Origin: a virus
Taxonomy: Duplodnaviria > Caudoviricetes
Strand: one strand, 5' to 3'
Length of the DNA: 39,963 nucleotides
IMG/VR virus record: IMGVR_UViG_3300037420_000490
Location: 1 to 39,963 of that record
The translations under genes were made by a program, and so were the position numbers. The notes beneath the pieces are model-generated. The model saw nothing but the letters and a program-made list of their open reading frames with translations. It was not told the origin of the DNA and made no database searches. Below, piece by piece: positions 7,690-15,614 of the stretch (positions are counted from its first letter, which is position 1; each line of letters starts with the position of its first letter).

Positions 7690-8127
7690 ATGAGAGCAGT
7701 AGCTGCAGAGCAGCCCTGCCGCGAGTGCGGCACGCCGCTAGATGAAGTCCCGTTTAATGAGTGTTCGACACATGCCGCCACGGAGCTGCGCGCTTCGCTT
7801 CCAGAAGACGACGCTGCCCGCCTGGAGTATCCCATGGCGGATGGGCTGCTTGATTACTTCCCCAACGCGTTAGCCGAGGTTGCGCGGCTGTCTTACATCG
7901 CGACGCAACAGCATCACCCGGATAAGCCCATGCACTGGGATCGCACCAAGTCGCTCGACCACGCCAACAAAATCATCCGTCACCTCGTTGATCGTGGCAA
8001 GGTCGACAAGCGGGGCATGCGCCACTCAACCATGGTTGCCTGGCGCGCTCTAGCACAACTCCAAGAGGAACTAGAGCGCGATCTAGACCTGCCGCCATCC
8101 CGTGCATCACGCAATCGCGACTACTAG
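7690..8127 (+). CDS. dATP/dGTP diphosphohydrolase-like (DUF5664-type) protein
   Basis: GGAG RBS, ATG at 7690; GLLDYFPNALAEVA...MHWDRTKS.DHANKIIRHL...HST.VAWRALAQLQ. Confidence 0.65.
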   Translation: MRAVAAEQPCRECGTPLDEVPFNECSTHAATELRASLPEDDAARLEYPMADGLLDYFPNALAEVARLSYIATQQHHPDKPMHWDRTKSLDHANKIIRHLVDRGKVDKRGMRHSTMVAWRALAQLQEELERDLDLPPSRASRNRDY

Positions 8128-8137
8128 GAGAGCTAAC

Positions 8138-8593
8138 ATGCTTGTGTATCTGGCTGGCCCCATTACGGGCTGCGATTTTGAAGGCTGCACAGACTGGCGT
8201 GAGCAGGCGAAGACAGATCTCGCCCCCGCCGGTATCCGTGCCGCCTCTCCGATGCGCGGAAAGGAATACCTGAAAGGTATCGGCGTAATCTCCGGAACTG
8301 GGGAGGAGTACGCGCACCTAGGTCCTCTCTCACTTCCCCGCGGCGTAATAACCCGAGACCGCTGGGACGCAACACGCTGTGACGTTTTATTGGTTAACCT
8401 GCTCGGCTCCACCCGCGTCTCCATCGGTACGGTCATGGAGATGGCGTGGGCAGACCTCGCCAGGATTCCGATCGTCTGCGTGATTGAAGACAGTGGCAAC
8501 CCACATGAGCACATGATGGTGCAGCAGGTCATCGGCTACCGTGTGACCACTCTCGATCAGGCCCTTCACCTCATCAAGGCTATGGCAGCGTGA
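8138..8593 (+). CDS. nucleoside 2-deoxyribosyltransferase-like / nucleotide N-glycosidase
   Basis: AGGAG RBS; VYLAGPI...WR...D...CDVLLVNL...SIGTVMEMAWA...PIV is the NDT fold signature. Confidence 0.8.
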   Translation: MLVYLAGPITGCDFEGCTDWREQAKTDLAPAGIRAASPMRGKEYLKGIGVISGTGEEYAHLGPLSLPRGVITRDRWDATRCDVLLVNLLGSTRVSIGTVMEMAWADLARIPIVCVIEDSGNPHEHMMVQQVIGYRVTTLDQALHLIKAMAA

Positions 8594-9270
8594 CGAAACC
8601 TGTAGCCTGGTCCTACTCCGCGCTGGACGCGTTCGAGACGTGCCCGTGGCGATACTACCTGACGAAGGTCACCAAGGAGGTCGTGGAGCCACAGACCGAG
8701 GCGACGCTGTGGGGCAACCGCGTCCACAAGTCGTTGGAGCTGTACCTGACCAAGCGCCAGCCCCTGCCCCACGAGCTCGCGCAGTTCCAGTCGGTCGCCG
8801 ACACCGTGGTGCGGCGGGCCGAGGGCGGTAAGCTCGAGGCCGAGAAAAAAATGGCCCTCACCGCATCGTTCCAGCCCACTACCTGGTTCGGCAAGGACGT
8901 GTGGGTGCGCGGCATCACCGACTTCACGGTCCATAAGGGCGATAAGCTGTTCATCGGCGACTGGAAGACCGGCCGCCCGCAGCCTAACTCATCGCAGCTT
9001 AAGCTAACGGCAGCGATGGCCTTCGCGCATCGCCCCTACATCCAGAAGATCACCAACGCGTTCGTGTGGCTCAAGACGAACGAGACCACCGCGGAGACGT
9101 TCACCCGCGAGGATATTCCAGCGATCTGGCAGGAGTTCGCGCCGCGCGTACGGCGTCTGGAGCTGGCGGTGGCGGAGAACAAGTTCCCCAAGCGGCCAAG
9201 CGGCCTGTGTGCCAAGTGGTGCCCGTGTACCGGCTGTGAGCACAACGGCCGGTACACGGGGAGGAAGTAA
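8590..9270 (+). CDS. PD-(D/E)XK exonuclease (RecB/Cas4-like)
   Basis: WSYSAL..FETCP, G..VH, E, D...DWKTG, QL, C-terminal CAKWCPCTGC. Confidence 0.85.
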   Translation: MTKPVAWSYSALDAFETCPWRYYLTKVTKEVVEPQTEATLWGNRVHKSLELYLTKRQPLPHELAQFQSVADTVVRRAEGGKLEAEKKMALTASFQPTTWFGKDVWVRGITDFTVHKGDKLFIGDWKTGRPQPNSSQLKLTAAMAFAHRPYIQKITNAFVWLKTNETTAETFTREDIPAIWQEFAPRVRRLELAVAENKFPKRPSGLCAKWCPCTGCEHNGRYTGRK

Positions 9271-9275
9271 GTTTG

Positions 9276-9647
9276 TTAGGCGCCGAGCATCACGTGCCAC
9301 ACGCCGTCAGCCGGCGAGAAGAAGCACGCGGCCTTCGTGGCGGCGAGCGAGTAGGCGGTCGTGCCCACGGTGCCGTTGATGGTGTCGGTCGAGTTGTTGC
9401 CGAACACGTTCATCGCGTTGGTCGCATGGGCGTTGCGAATCCAGAGCTGCATGCCCTGCTTCGCAGCTGGCAGCGCGACAGAGCCACCCGCGGCAGCGGC
9501 CGTGAGGGCGCAACATGTCCCGGTGACCGCGATCGCTGCGGCCTGGGTAGTGCCGGTCGTCGAGGCGACTTGCCCGGCTTCCTGGTCGTCGATGAACTTC
9601 TTGACGAAGAACGGGTCGGAGACGCCCGCCGATTTCTGATAAGCCAT
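9276..9647 (-). CDS. Ala/Thr/Gly-rich beta-type protein resembling a virion decoration or fibre domain, inverted relative to neighbours
   Basis: AGGAAG RBS before ATG at 9647; MAYQKSAG...GSVALPAAKQGMQLWIRN...NVFG...DTING...CFFS..DGVW; fills the gap between + strand genes. Confidence 0.7.
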   Translation of the reverse strand: MAYQKSAGVSDPFFVKKFIDDQEAGQVASTTGTTQAAAIAVTGTCCALTAAAAGGSVALPAAKQGMQLWIRNAHATNAMNVFGNNSTDTINGTVGTTAYSLAATKAACFFSPADGVWHVMLGA

Positions 9648-9738
9648 TCTTGGTCTTCCTTGCGTGCTGTGTGGTCCGAGCGCCACACGCGCTCGCCCCA
9701 ACACAATAACATGCTAACCTGCGAAGGGAAACGCTAAC

Positions 9739-10014
9739 GTGATCGTCGTAGCCAACCCCGTGGACATGGTCCGCGAGAACGCCGAGGAGATCGCGCAGCG
9801 CGTCCTCCAGACAGACATGACCAACATCGACCTGTCCCAGTGGCAGGTCGAAGCTCACGAGGAGGACGATGACAAGTTCTTCGTCGTGTTCTGCGCGGCG
9901 AACCGACGGCTGGACCCGCTGGACCAGCCCATCCTGCTGCACATGCGGGCGCAGGACTACGACCACCTCAAGCTGATGTTTCACTACGTCGACTATGTGG
10001 CGGGAGCCTGCTGA
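9739..10014 (+). CDS. hypothetical protein
   Basis: GTG start after AAGGG; acidic 91 aa; TGATG coupling to VRR-NUC. Confidence 0.65.
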   Translation: MIVVANPVDMVRENAEEIAQRVLQTDMTNIDLSQWQVEAHEEDDDKFFVVFCAANRRLDPLDQPILLHMRAQDYDHLKLMFHYVDYVAGAC

Positions 10015-10322
10015 TGGCCCGCACCCCCGAAGGTGCCGCCAAGCACAAGATCAAGAAGTACCTCCAGTCCGTGGAGGGCTGGTGGGGCTTCATGCCGATC
10101 GGCGGTCCGTTCAGCGCTCACGGCGTGCCGGATATTATCGGCACGCTCGATGGAGACTTCATCGCGATCGAGGTGAAGGCCCCCGGCCGCGAGAAGGACA
10201 CCACCGCGAACCAGGAGCGAGTGATCGGAGAGATTAACCGTGCCGGCGCCATCGCGTTTGTCGCGTCGTCGGTTGACCACGTTCGCACCACGTTGCGGCG
10301 CGCCGGATATCAGGTTCCCTGA
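10014..10322 (+). CDS. VRR-NUC domain nuclease (Holliday junction resolvase-like)
   Basis: TPEG..K..I...GVPDII...FIAIEVKAPG...T..Q...I...G.IAFV. Confidence 0.88.
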   Translation: MARTPEGAAKHKIKKYLQSVEGWWGFMPIGGPFSAHGVPDIIGTLDGDFIAIEVKAPGREKDTTANQERVIGEINRAGAIAFVASSVDHVRTTLRRAGYQVP

Positions 10323-10349
10323 CGTTAGCTCTGTTATGGAAGTGTAAGC

Positions 10350-10553
10350 ATGTTGACACCTAAGTATGTGCGGATTAAAAAATTCGCAGAGCTCACGGGC
10401 TGGACCGAGAAAGCCGTCTACATGAAAATTCACGACGGTGTGTGGATCGAAGGGCAGCAGTATCGCCGAGCTCCGGACAGCAACATCGTGGTGGACCTGG
10501 AGGGATACGAGCGATGGGTAGAGGCCGGCAGGGTAGCGGTGTCGAGCCTCTAG
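10350..10553 (+). CDS. xis: excisionase
   Basis: YVRIKKFAELTGWTEKAV..KI.DGVW.EG..YRRAPD.NI.VDLEGYERWVE, directly upstream of and overlapping int. Confidence 0.85.
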   Translation: MLTPKYVRIKKFAELTGWTEKAVYMKIHDGVWIEGQQYRRAPDSNIVVDLEGYERWVEAGRVAVSSL

Positions 10554-11677
10554 CGAGCTCGATCCGTCTGCGGTTCACATACAACGGCAAGCGTCGCTAC
10601 GAGACGCTGGACCTGGCGCCGACGCCGCCGAACATCAAGGCGGCCCAGCGGCTGATGGCCCAGATCCGCCGGGAGCTTGACGCTGGCGTGTTCGAGTATG
10701 GGGCGCACTTCCCGGACAGTGCTCCGCTGACCGAGATACCGACGTTCAGGAAGTTCGCGAAGGAGTGGCTTGAGAGCAAGGTGCTGGAACAGTCGACCCT
10801 TGAGAATTACCGGCCGCACCTGCGGTGGTGGGCGGAGCAGTTCGGCGACACGCCGATCGACCGCATCACACCCATGTCAGTCCAGAAAGCCGTAGCCTCG
10901 CGAGCGGCCATGGTCTCGGCCAAGAGCGTCAACAACGCACTCATTCCACTCAGGGGAGTGTTTGCCGCGGCGGAGACCGAGGGACTGATCGCGAAGGACC
11001 CGACCGAGAAGATCAAGAACCTCAAGTTCCAGAAGCCCTCGCCCGACCCGTTCGTGCGCGACGAGATGGAGAAGATCATCGCCTACCTCGAGCGGTATCC
11101 GGAGCCGATCTGGGGTTTCTACACTCTCGCGTTCTTAACCGGGTTAAGACCGTCCGAGCAGCACGCCCTGCGCTGGGGCGACATCGACTGGGACGCGAGC
11201 AAGATTATCGTTCGCCGTGCGCGTGTGCGCGGCAAGGAGAAAGGAACGAAAAGCAATCGCGAGCGGTACGTGGACATTTCACCGCGTGCCCTCACGGTAC
11301 TCCGCCGGATGAAGAAACATACCTTGATGCGGGGTGACGACCAGGAAGTATTCTGCAACCCGTCCACGGCCAATGGTTGGAAGCAGGATGACCTCCAGGC
11401 GCGCCTGGACACCTACTGGTATCCCACGCTCAAGGCGCTCGGCATCCGGCGGAGGATATCTTATCAGACCCGCCACACCTACGCGACGACGCTGCTCATG
11501 GCCGGCGTCAACATCGCCTGGCTGGCGCGGCAGCTGGGGCATGCGTCCGCCAAGGTCACGCTCGAGCGCTACGCTCGGTGGATCGACGGGGCGGACTCGG
11601 GTGCCGAGGCGGGCAAGGCTGCGGAAGTTTTTGAGCGAATTGGCCAGGAATTGGCCACGAAAAATAAAAAGGCGTGA
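10514..11677 (+). CDS. int: tyrosine integrase with N-terminal arm-binding (DUF3596-like) domain
   Basis: IRLRFTYNGKRRYETL arm domain; TGLRPSE (R), TKS (K), YQTRHTYAT (xxRH), QLGH, Y in TLERYARW. Confidence 0.95.
   Translation: MGRGRQGSGVEPLASSIRLRFTYNGKRRYETLDLAPTPPNIKAAQRLMAQIRRELDAGVFEYGAHFPDSAPLTEIPTFRKFAKEWLESKVLEQSTLENYRPHLRWWAEQFGDTPIDRITPMSVQKAVASRAAMVSAKSVNNALIPLRGVFAAAETEGLIAKDPTEKIKNLKFQKPSPDPFVRDEMEKIIAYLERYPEPIWGFYTLAFLTGLRPSEQHALRWGDIDWDASKIIVRRARVRGKEKGTKSNRERYVDISPRALTVLRRMKKHTLMRGDDQEVFCNPSTANGWKQDDLQARLDTYWYPTLKALGIRRRISYQTRHTYATTLLMAGVNIAWLARQLGHASAKVTLERYARWIDGADSGAEAGKAAEVFERIGQELATKNKKA
11133..11149. promoter_or_regulatory. 17-bp palindrome TCTTAACCGGGTTAAGA, copy 4, inside int
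   Basis: Same 15-bp core, outer pair T/A; encodes F-L-T-G-L-R using TTA, TTA and AGA codons. Confidence 0.7.
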
Positions 11678-11832
11678 GTTTTCTAGGGCTTATTTGGTGA
11701 CCCCTACGGGACTCGAACCCGGAAACGGCGGAAATGGACGGAAACGTGGAAAACGAAAGTGTTGATTTTTCAACGGGATACCTTTTCCCTATGTCCCACG
11801 ATTTCCGTGAATTGGCCACGGAATTGGCCACG
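11637..11832. mobile_element. attP: tRNA 3'-end core flanked by integrase arm-type repeats
   Basis: Core 11695-11721, reverse complement CGGGTTCGAGTCCCGTAGGGGTCACCA (T-arm, acceptor strand, CCA); GAATTGGCCA(CG) direct repeats at 11637, 11648, 11809, 11821; CGGAAA at 11720, 11729, 11739; near-consensus IHF site 11755-11767. Confidence 0.88.
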
Positions 11833-11856
11833 GACCGGCATTGGGTGGGGGTCTGG

Positions 11857-12030
11857 ATGGACGCGCTCGCGTCGCCGGACGTCTACTACGATCCGGTTGA
11901 GGCGAACTATGTGCTTGAGTGGGATGGCAGTAACGGTAAGAGGTATACCCACACCGTCGACTCGCTGGATGCAGAAGCACTCCGGCGCGACGAGGCATTT
12001 GCTGTGAAGCTGAAACTGTCGACATGTTGA
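11857..12030 (+). CDS. small hypothetical protein
   Basis: ATG at 11857 downstream of the attP arms, in frame with ORF 11734..12030; overlaps the helicase start. Confidence 0.45.
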   Translation: MDALASPDVYYDPVEANYVLEWDGSNGKRYTHTVDSLDAEALRRDEAFAVKLKLSTC

Positions 12031-13565
12031 TCCACACCGCCACTAGGAAAGTCGTCCTCAACCTGCGCGAGCCGGCGCGGGTGACGACCGTCATCCCAAC
12101 CGCCAAGACGTTCCCGTACAAGGGCTCCGAGCTCGTCGCGGTGCCGCATCGCGACGACGAGACGCGGGTACTGCGCAACCTCGGGTTCGAGGTGCCGGCG
12201 CCGGTCGAGCTCTATTACAAGTGGCCGGGGCAGTATAAGCCGTTCAAGGCCCAGCTCTCCACGACGAGCTTCCTGACGACCAACCCTCACGCGTTCGTGC
12301 TGTCGGACATGGGGACGGGCAAGACGTTGTCGGCGCTGTGGGCGTTCGACTATCTGCGCTCGATCGGCAAGGCCCGCAAGATGCTGGTGATCTCGCCGCT
12401 CTCGACCCTGGAGCGCACCTGGGCGGACGAGATATTTGCCAACTTCTCGTCGCTGACCGTCGGCGTGCTGCACGGCACCAAGGACCGCCGGCGGAAGATC
12501 CTGGCGGACGACTACGACGTCTACCTGGTCAACCACGACGGCATTAAGGTCATCCAGGAGGAACTGATCGCGAAGACCGATATCGACACGGTCATCATCG
12601 ACGAGATCGCGGCGTTCCGTAACGCGTCCACCGCCCGCTGGAAGTCCCTCAAGAAGATCATCGGGGGCCGTGAGCGGGTGTGGGGCATGACCGGCACACC
12701 CACGCCGAACGCGCCGACAGACGCCTGGGCACAGTGCCGCCTGGTCTCCCCCGATCGCGTACCGAGATATTTCGGAGCGTTCCGGGACTCCGTGATGAAG
12801 CAGCTCGGGCCGTTCAAGTGGCTGCCGCGAGAGGGCTCCTCCAAGCTCGTCGCCGAGGCGATGCAGCCCGCGGTGCGTTTCACCCGGGACGAGTGCGTCG
12901 ACCTGCCGCCGTGCATCTACCAGACCCGCGAGGTCCAGATGACGCCCGAGCAGGCGAAGGCCTACAAGCAGATGACGACGCAGCTCAAGATGGAACTCGA
13001 CGAGCGCCAGGTCACCGCGGTGAACGAGGCGGTGAAGATGCAGAAGCTCGTCCAGATCGCCTGCGGCGTGGTGTACGGCGCCGACCGCGAGGAGGTTGTG
13101 CTCCCGAACGACCCCCGCGTCGACGTGGTCAAGGAGGTCATCGAGGAAGCCGGCACGAAAGTTATCGTGTTCGTGCCGTTCAAGGCGGTGCTGAACCGCG
13201 TGGCCGCGCAGCTCGCCGAGGAGTTCCCTGTCGCGAAGATCAGCGGCGAGACGCCCAAGCACGAGCGCGACGACATTTTCCACCACTTCCAGAAGTCCGC
13301 CGAGCCGCGCGTACTGGTGGCGCAGCCCGCCGCCATGTCGCACGGCCTCACGCTAACCGCGGCGTCGACTGTGATCTGGTACGCGCCCGTCACCAGCCAC
13401 GAGATCTACCTACAGGCGAACGCGCGAATCACTCGGCCGGGGCAGAAACAACACCAGCTGATCGTCAACATCGAGGCGACCGAGGTCGAGCGCCGCATCT
13501 ACAAGCGCCTCAAGACCAAGTCGTCGATGCAGGGGCTCCTGCTGGACCTCGTGAAGTCAGAGTAG
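12024..13565 (+). CDS. SNF2-family (SF2) helicase
   Basis: DMGTGKT, IIDE, MTGTPTPN, HGLTLTAA, QANARITRPGQ. Confidence 0.93.
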   Translation: MLIHTATRKVVLNLREPARVTTVIPTAKTFPYKGSELVAVPHRDDETRVLRNLGFEVPAPVELYYKWPGQYKPFKAQLSTTSFLTTNPHAFVLSDMGTGKTLSALWAFDYLRSIGKARKMLVISPLSTLERTWADEIFANFSSLTVGVLHGTKDRRRKILADDYDVYLVNHDGIKVIQEELIAKTDIDTVIIDEIAAFRNASTARWKSLKKIIGGRERVWGMTGTPTPNAPTDAWAQCRLVSPDRVPRYFGAFRDSVMKQLGPFKWLPREGSSKLVAEAMQPAVRFTRDECVDLPPCIYQTREVQMTPEQAKAYKQMTTQLKMELDERQVTAVNEAVKMQKLVQIACGVVYGADREEVVLPNDPRVDVVKEVIEEAGTKVIVFVPFKAVLNRVAAQLAEEFPVAKISGETPKHERDDIFHHFQKSAEPRVLVAQPAAMSHGLTLTAASTVIWYAPVTSHEIYLQANARITRPGQKQHQLIVNIEATEVERRIYKRLKTKSSMQGLLLDLVKSE

Positions 13566-13606
13566 CTAACACGTTAGCTTGACTTAACGGTTGAAAAGTG
13601 TAGATT
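13564..13606 (+). promoter_or_regulatory. putative promoter with adjacent inverted repeat AGCTAAC-N2-GTTAGCT
   Basis: Inverted repeat 13564-13579; TTGACT (13579) -N16- TAGATT (13601); AT-rich gap. Confidence 0.5.
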
Positions 13607-13632
13607 AATTTACACATTGCGAAGGTTGGAAA

Positions 13633-14007
13633 ATGCAGTCGCTAGTGGAGAAATACATCAAGCTGCGCGATAAGAAAGCGCTGATGACGGCGGACTTCAA
13701 GGAGCGCATGGCGCACATCAACGAGGTCCTCGACCAGGTCGAGAGCGCACTCCTGCACCAGTTCAAGGAGCTGGGCGTGGAGTCCGTTCGCACGTCGTCG
13801 GGCACAGCCTTCCGGTCCACGCGTTACAGCGCCACTGTGGCGGACTGGGATGCGACCCTCGACTTCATCAAGGCCAACGAGCACTGGCAGATGCTGGAGC
13901 ATCGGGTCAGCAAGCAGGCCGTCGAAGAGTACAAGTCAGAGCATGGAGACCTGCCGCCTGGCGTAGACTGGCGCGAGGAAGTCACAGTTAACATCAGGAG
14001 GTCGTAA
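13633..14007 (+). CDS. conserved phage protein (Gam-like coiled coil, DWD...F...LPPGV)
   Basis: Typical of the polA/SNF2/primase replication module; function uncertain. Confidence 0.7.
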   Translation: MQSLVEKYIKLRDKKALMTADFKERMAHINEVLDQVESALLHQFKELGVESVRTSSGTAFRSTRYSATVADWDATLDFIKANEHWQMLEHRVSKQAVEEYKSEHGDLPPGVDWREEVTVNIRRS

Positions 14008-14204
14008 TGAGTTCATGGGCCTATTGCGTTAGCTGCCATGCCGGTCTGTCGGAGCCGACAGCGCAGGAGGTGGTCGACGAGATTGTCTATTGTCCTCACT
14101 GCGACACGCAGAATGACCCACACAAGACCAAGGATCAGTTGATTGTCGAGCTCGCCGAGAGGGTCGGTGAGCTGGAAAAACTACTCACAGGAGCAAGCGC
14201 ATGA
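14007..14204 (+). CDS. small zinc-ribbon protein
   Basis: CVSC...CPHC; AGGAGG RBS; coupled to both neighbours. Confidence 0.7.
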   Translation: MSSWAYCVSCHAGLSEPTAQEVVDEIVYCPHCDTQNDPHKTKDQLIVELAERVGELEKLLTGASA

Positions 14205-15226
14205 GTGACCTTATCCCGTTCGAGTCCGGCAATGTGCCGGCACATATCGCGCGGTTGTTCGGCGACAGCAACGAGGACCTGACGGCGAACGTCAGCTCCG
14301 GCGGCTTCCCGGTCATCTCCTACAAGGGCAAGGTGTGGCACGTTGCCCGCGGAGGTGAGCGCACCCTGGTCACCAACGCCGACGGCGAGCCCCGCTCGTC
14401 GATCGACGTCGTGATCCTCAAGGGCAACCCCAACATCTCCAAGATCTACTACGCCGGCGGCTACCAGGAGGGGTCGAGCGACAAGCCGACCTGCTACTCC
14501 AACAACGGTATCGAGCCCGAGGCGGACGCGGTGGCCCAGCAGGCGACCAAGTGCGCGATCTGCCCACATAACATGTGGGGCAGCCGCATCACCGAGAGCG
14601 GTGCGAAGGGCAAGGAGTGCTCCGACAGCCGCCGCCTGGCCGTGGCGCCGATGGCCGACCTCGAGAACCCGATGCTGCTGCGCATCCCGGCCGCGACCCT
14701 CAAGGACCTGACCGAGTATGCCAACATGCTCAACCGCCGCCGCGCCGCGTACAACGCGGTCGTGACCCGTATCGGCTTCGACCACACGGTCGCGTATCAG
14801 AAGCTGACCTTCAAGCCCATTCGCTTCCTCACCGAGGAGGAGGCGGCTACTGTTGTCGAAGTGCTGGATCGCGACGTGATCCAGAACATTCTCGGAATGG
14901 CTCCAACGACCAAGGTCGTGGAGCTGCCAGCTCCGGCTCAAGAGGCTATGGATACGGCCCCCGATGCAGCGCAGACTACCCCCTCCCGGTCTGCGCAGGC
15001 CGCCTCGAAATTCACCGCTTCGGCGGAGGAGATCGACGCGGTATTCGAGGAAGCTGTGTCTCCTGCACCGGCGCCTACTCCGCCTCCAACCCGGGCGCCG
15101 GAGCCGGAGCTGGCTAAACCCCCTGCCGAGGAAAAGCCCAAGACGGCTCCCAAGGCTCAGGTGACCATCGTGGACGAGGCCGACGCGTCGCTTGACGCGA
15201 TCCTGGCGACCCTCGACGACGACTGA
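14201..15226 (+). CDS. putative single-stranded DNA-binding/annealing protein
   Basis: AGGAG RBS; PTCYS...C..CP.N.WGS...GKGKEC...RRLAV; Pro/Ala-rich linker and acidic tail (LDDD). Confidence 0.6.
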   Translation: MSDLIPFESGNVPAHIARLFGDSNEDLTANVSSGGFPVISYKGKVWHVARGGERTLVTNADGEPRSSIDVVILKGNPNISKIYYAGGYQEGSSDKPTCYSNNGIEPEADAVAQQATKCAICPHNMWGSRITESGAKGKECSDSRRLAVAPMADLENPMLLRIPAATLKDLTEYANMLNRRRAAYNAVVTRIGFDHTVAYQKLTFKPIRFLTEEEAATVVEVLDRDVIQNILGMAPTTKVVELPAPAQEAMDTAPDAAQTTPSRSAQAASKFTASAEEIDAVFEEAVSPAPAPTPPPTRAPEPELAKPPAEEKPKTAPKAQVTIVDEADASLDAILATLDDD

Positions 15227-15299
15227 TCCCCCGGCAAAGCGGAAAGACGCTTGACAGCTCGGACAGACGGCTGACCCCCATACCAAGGATCTCGCACCC

Positions 15300-15569
15300 A
15301 TGTTTGAAATCGCAAAAGAGGCCAGACTACAGCCCAGTGACCTAGCGAAACTACTCAAGGTGAACCGCATCACCGTAAGCATGTGGTTCAACGGGCACTC
15401 TCGCCCCCATAAGCTGTTGACTCAGCGAGTGAAAAACCTCCTTGACCAGATCGACCACGCAGTGCAAGTAGGCACGCTGCCTGTTCCTCACGACGTCACC
15501 CGTCGCGAACGCAGCCACTACATCCAGAAGGCGCTCAACGGCGAGCAGCCCACGGATAGCACCAACTAA
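15300..15569 (+). CDS. Cro/CI-like helix-turn-helix protein
   Basis: LQPSDLAKLLKVNRITVSMWFNG. Confidence 0.75.
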   Translation: MFEIAKEARLQPSDLAKLLKVNRITVSMWFNGHSRPHKLLTQRVKNLLDQIDHAVQVGTLPVPHDVTRRERSHYIQKALNGEQPTDSTN

Positions 15570-15614
15570 CCATCCCGATGCCGGGTTCGCCGGCATCGCG
15601 CTTAGGGGATAGGC

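Noticed and set aside
7690-8593. Complete 2-aminoadenine (dZ) genome pathway
   Set aside because: No PurZ-like adenylosuccinate synthetase is in the window; the diphosphohydrolase-like gene alone is insufficient evidence.
8590-9270. CRISPR-Cas system (Cas4-like nuclease)
   Set aside because: No repeat-spacer array or other cas genes are visible; stand-alone Cas4/RecB-like exonucleases are routine in phage replication modules.
11695-11721. tRNA gene
   Set aside because: Only the T-arm, acceptor 3' strand and CCA are present; there is no D-arm or anticodon arm. It is the att core.
11734-11856. N-terminal extension of ORF 11734..12030 with ELATELAT repeat
   Set aside because: The peptide repeat is simply the translation of the attP arm repeats; the start at 11857 is more plausible.
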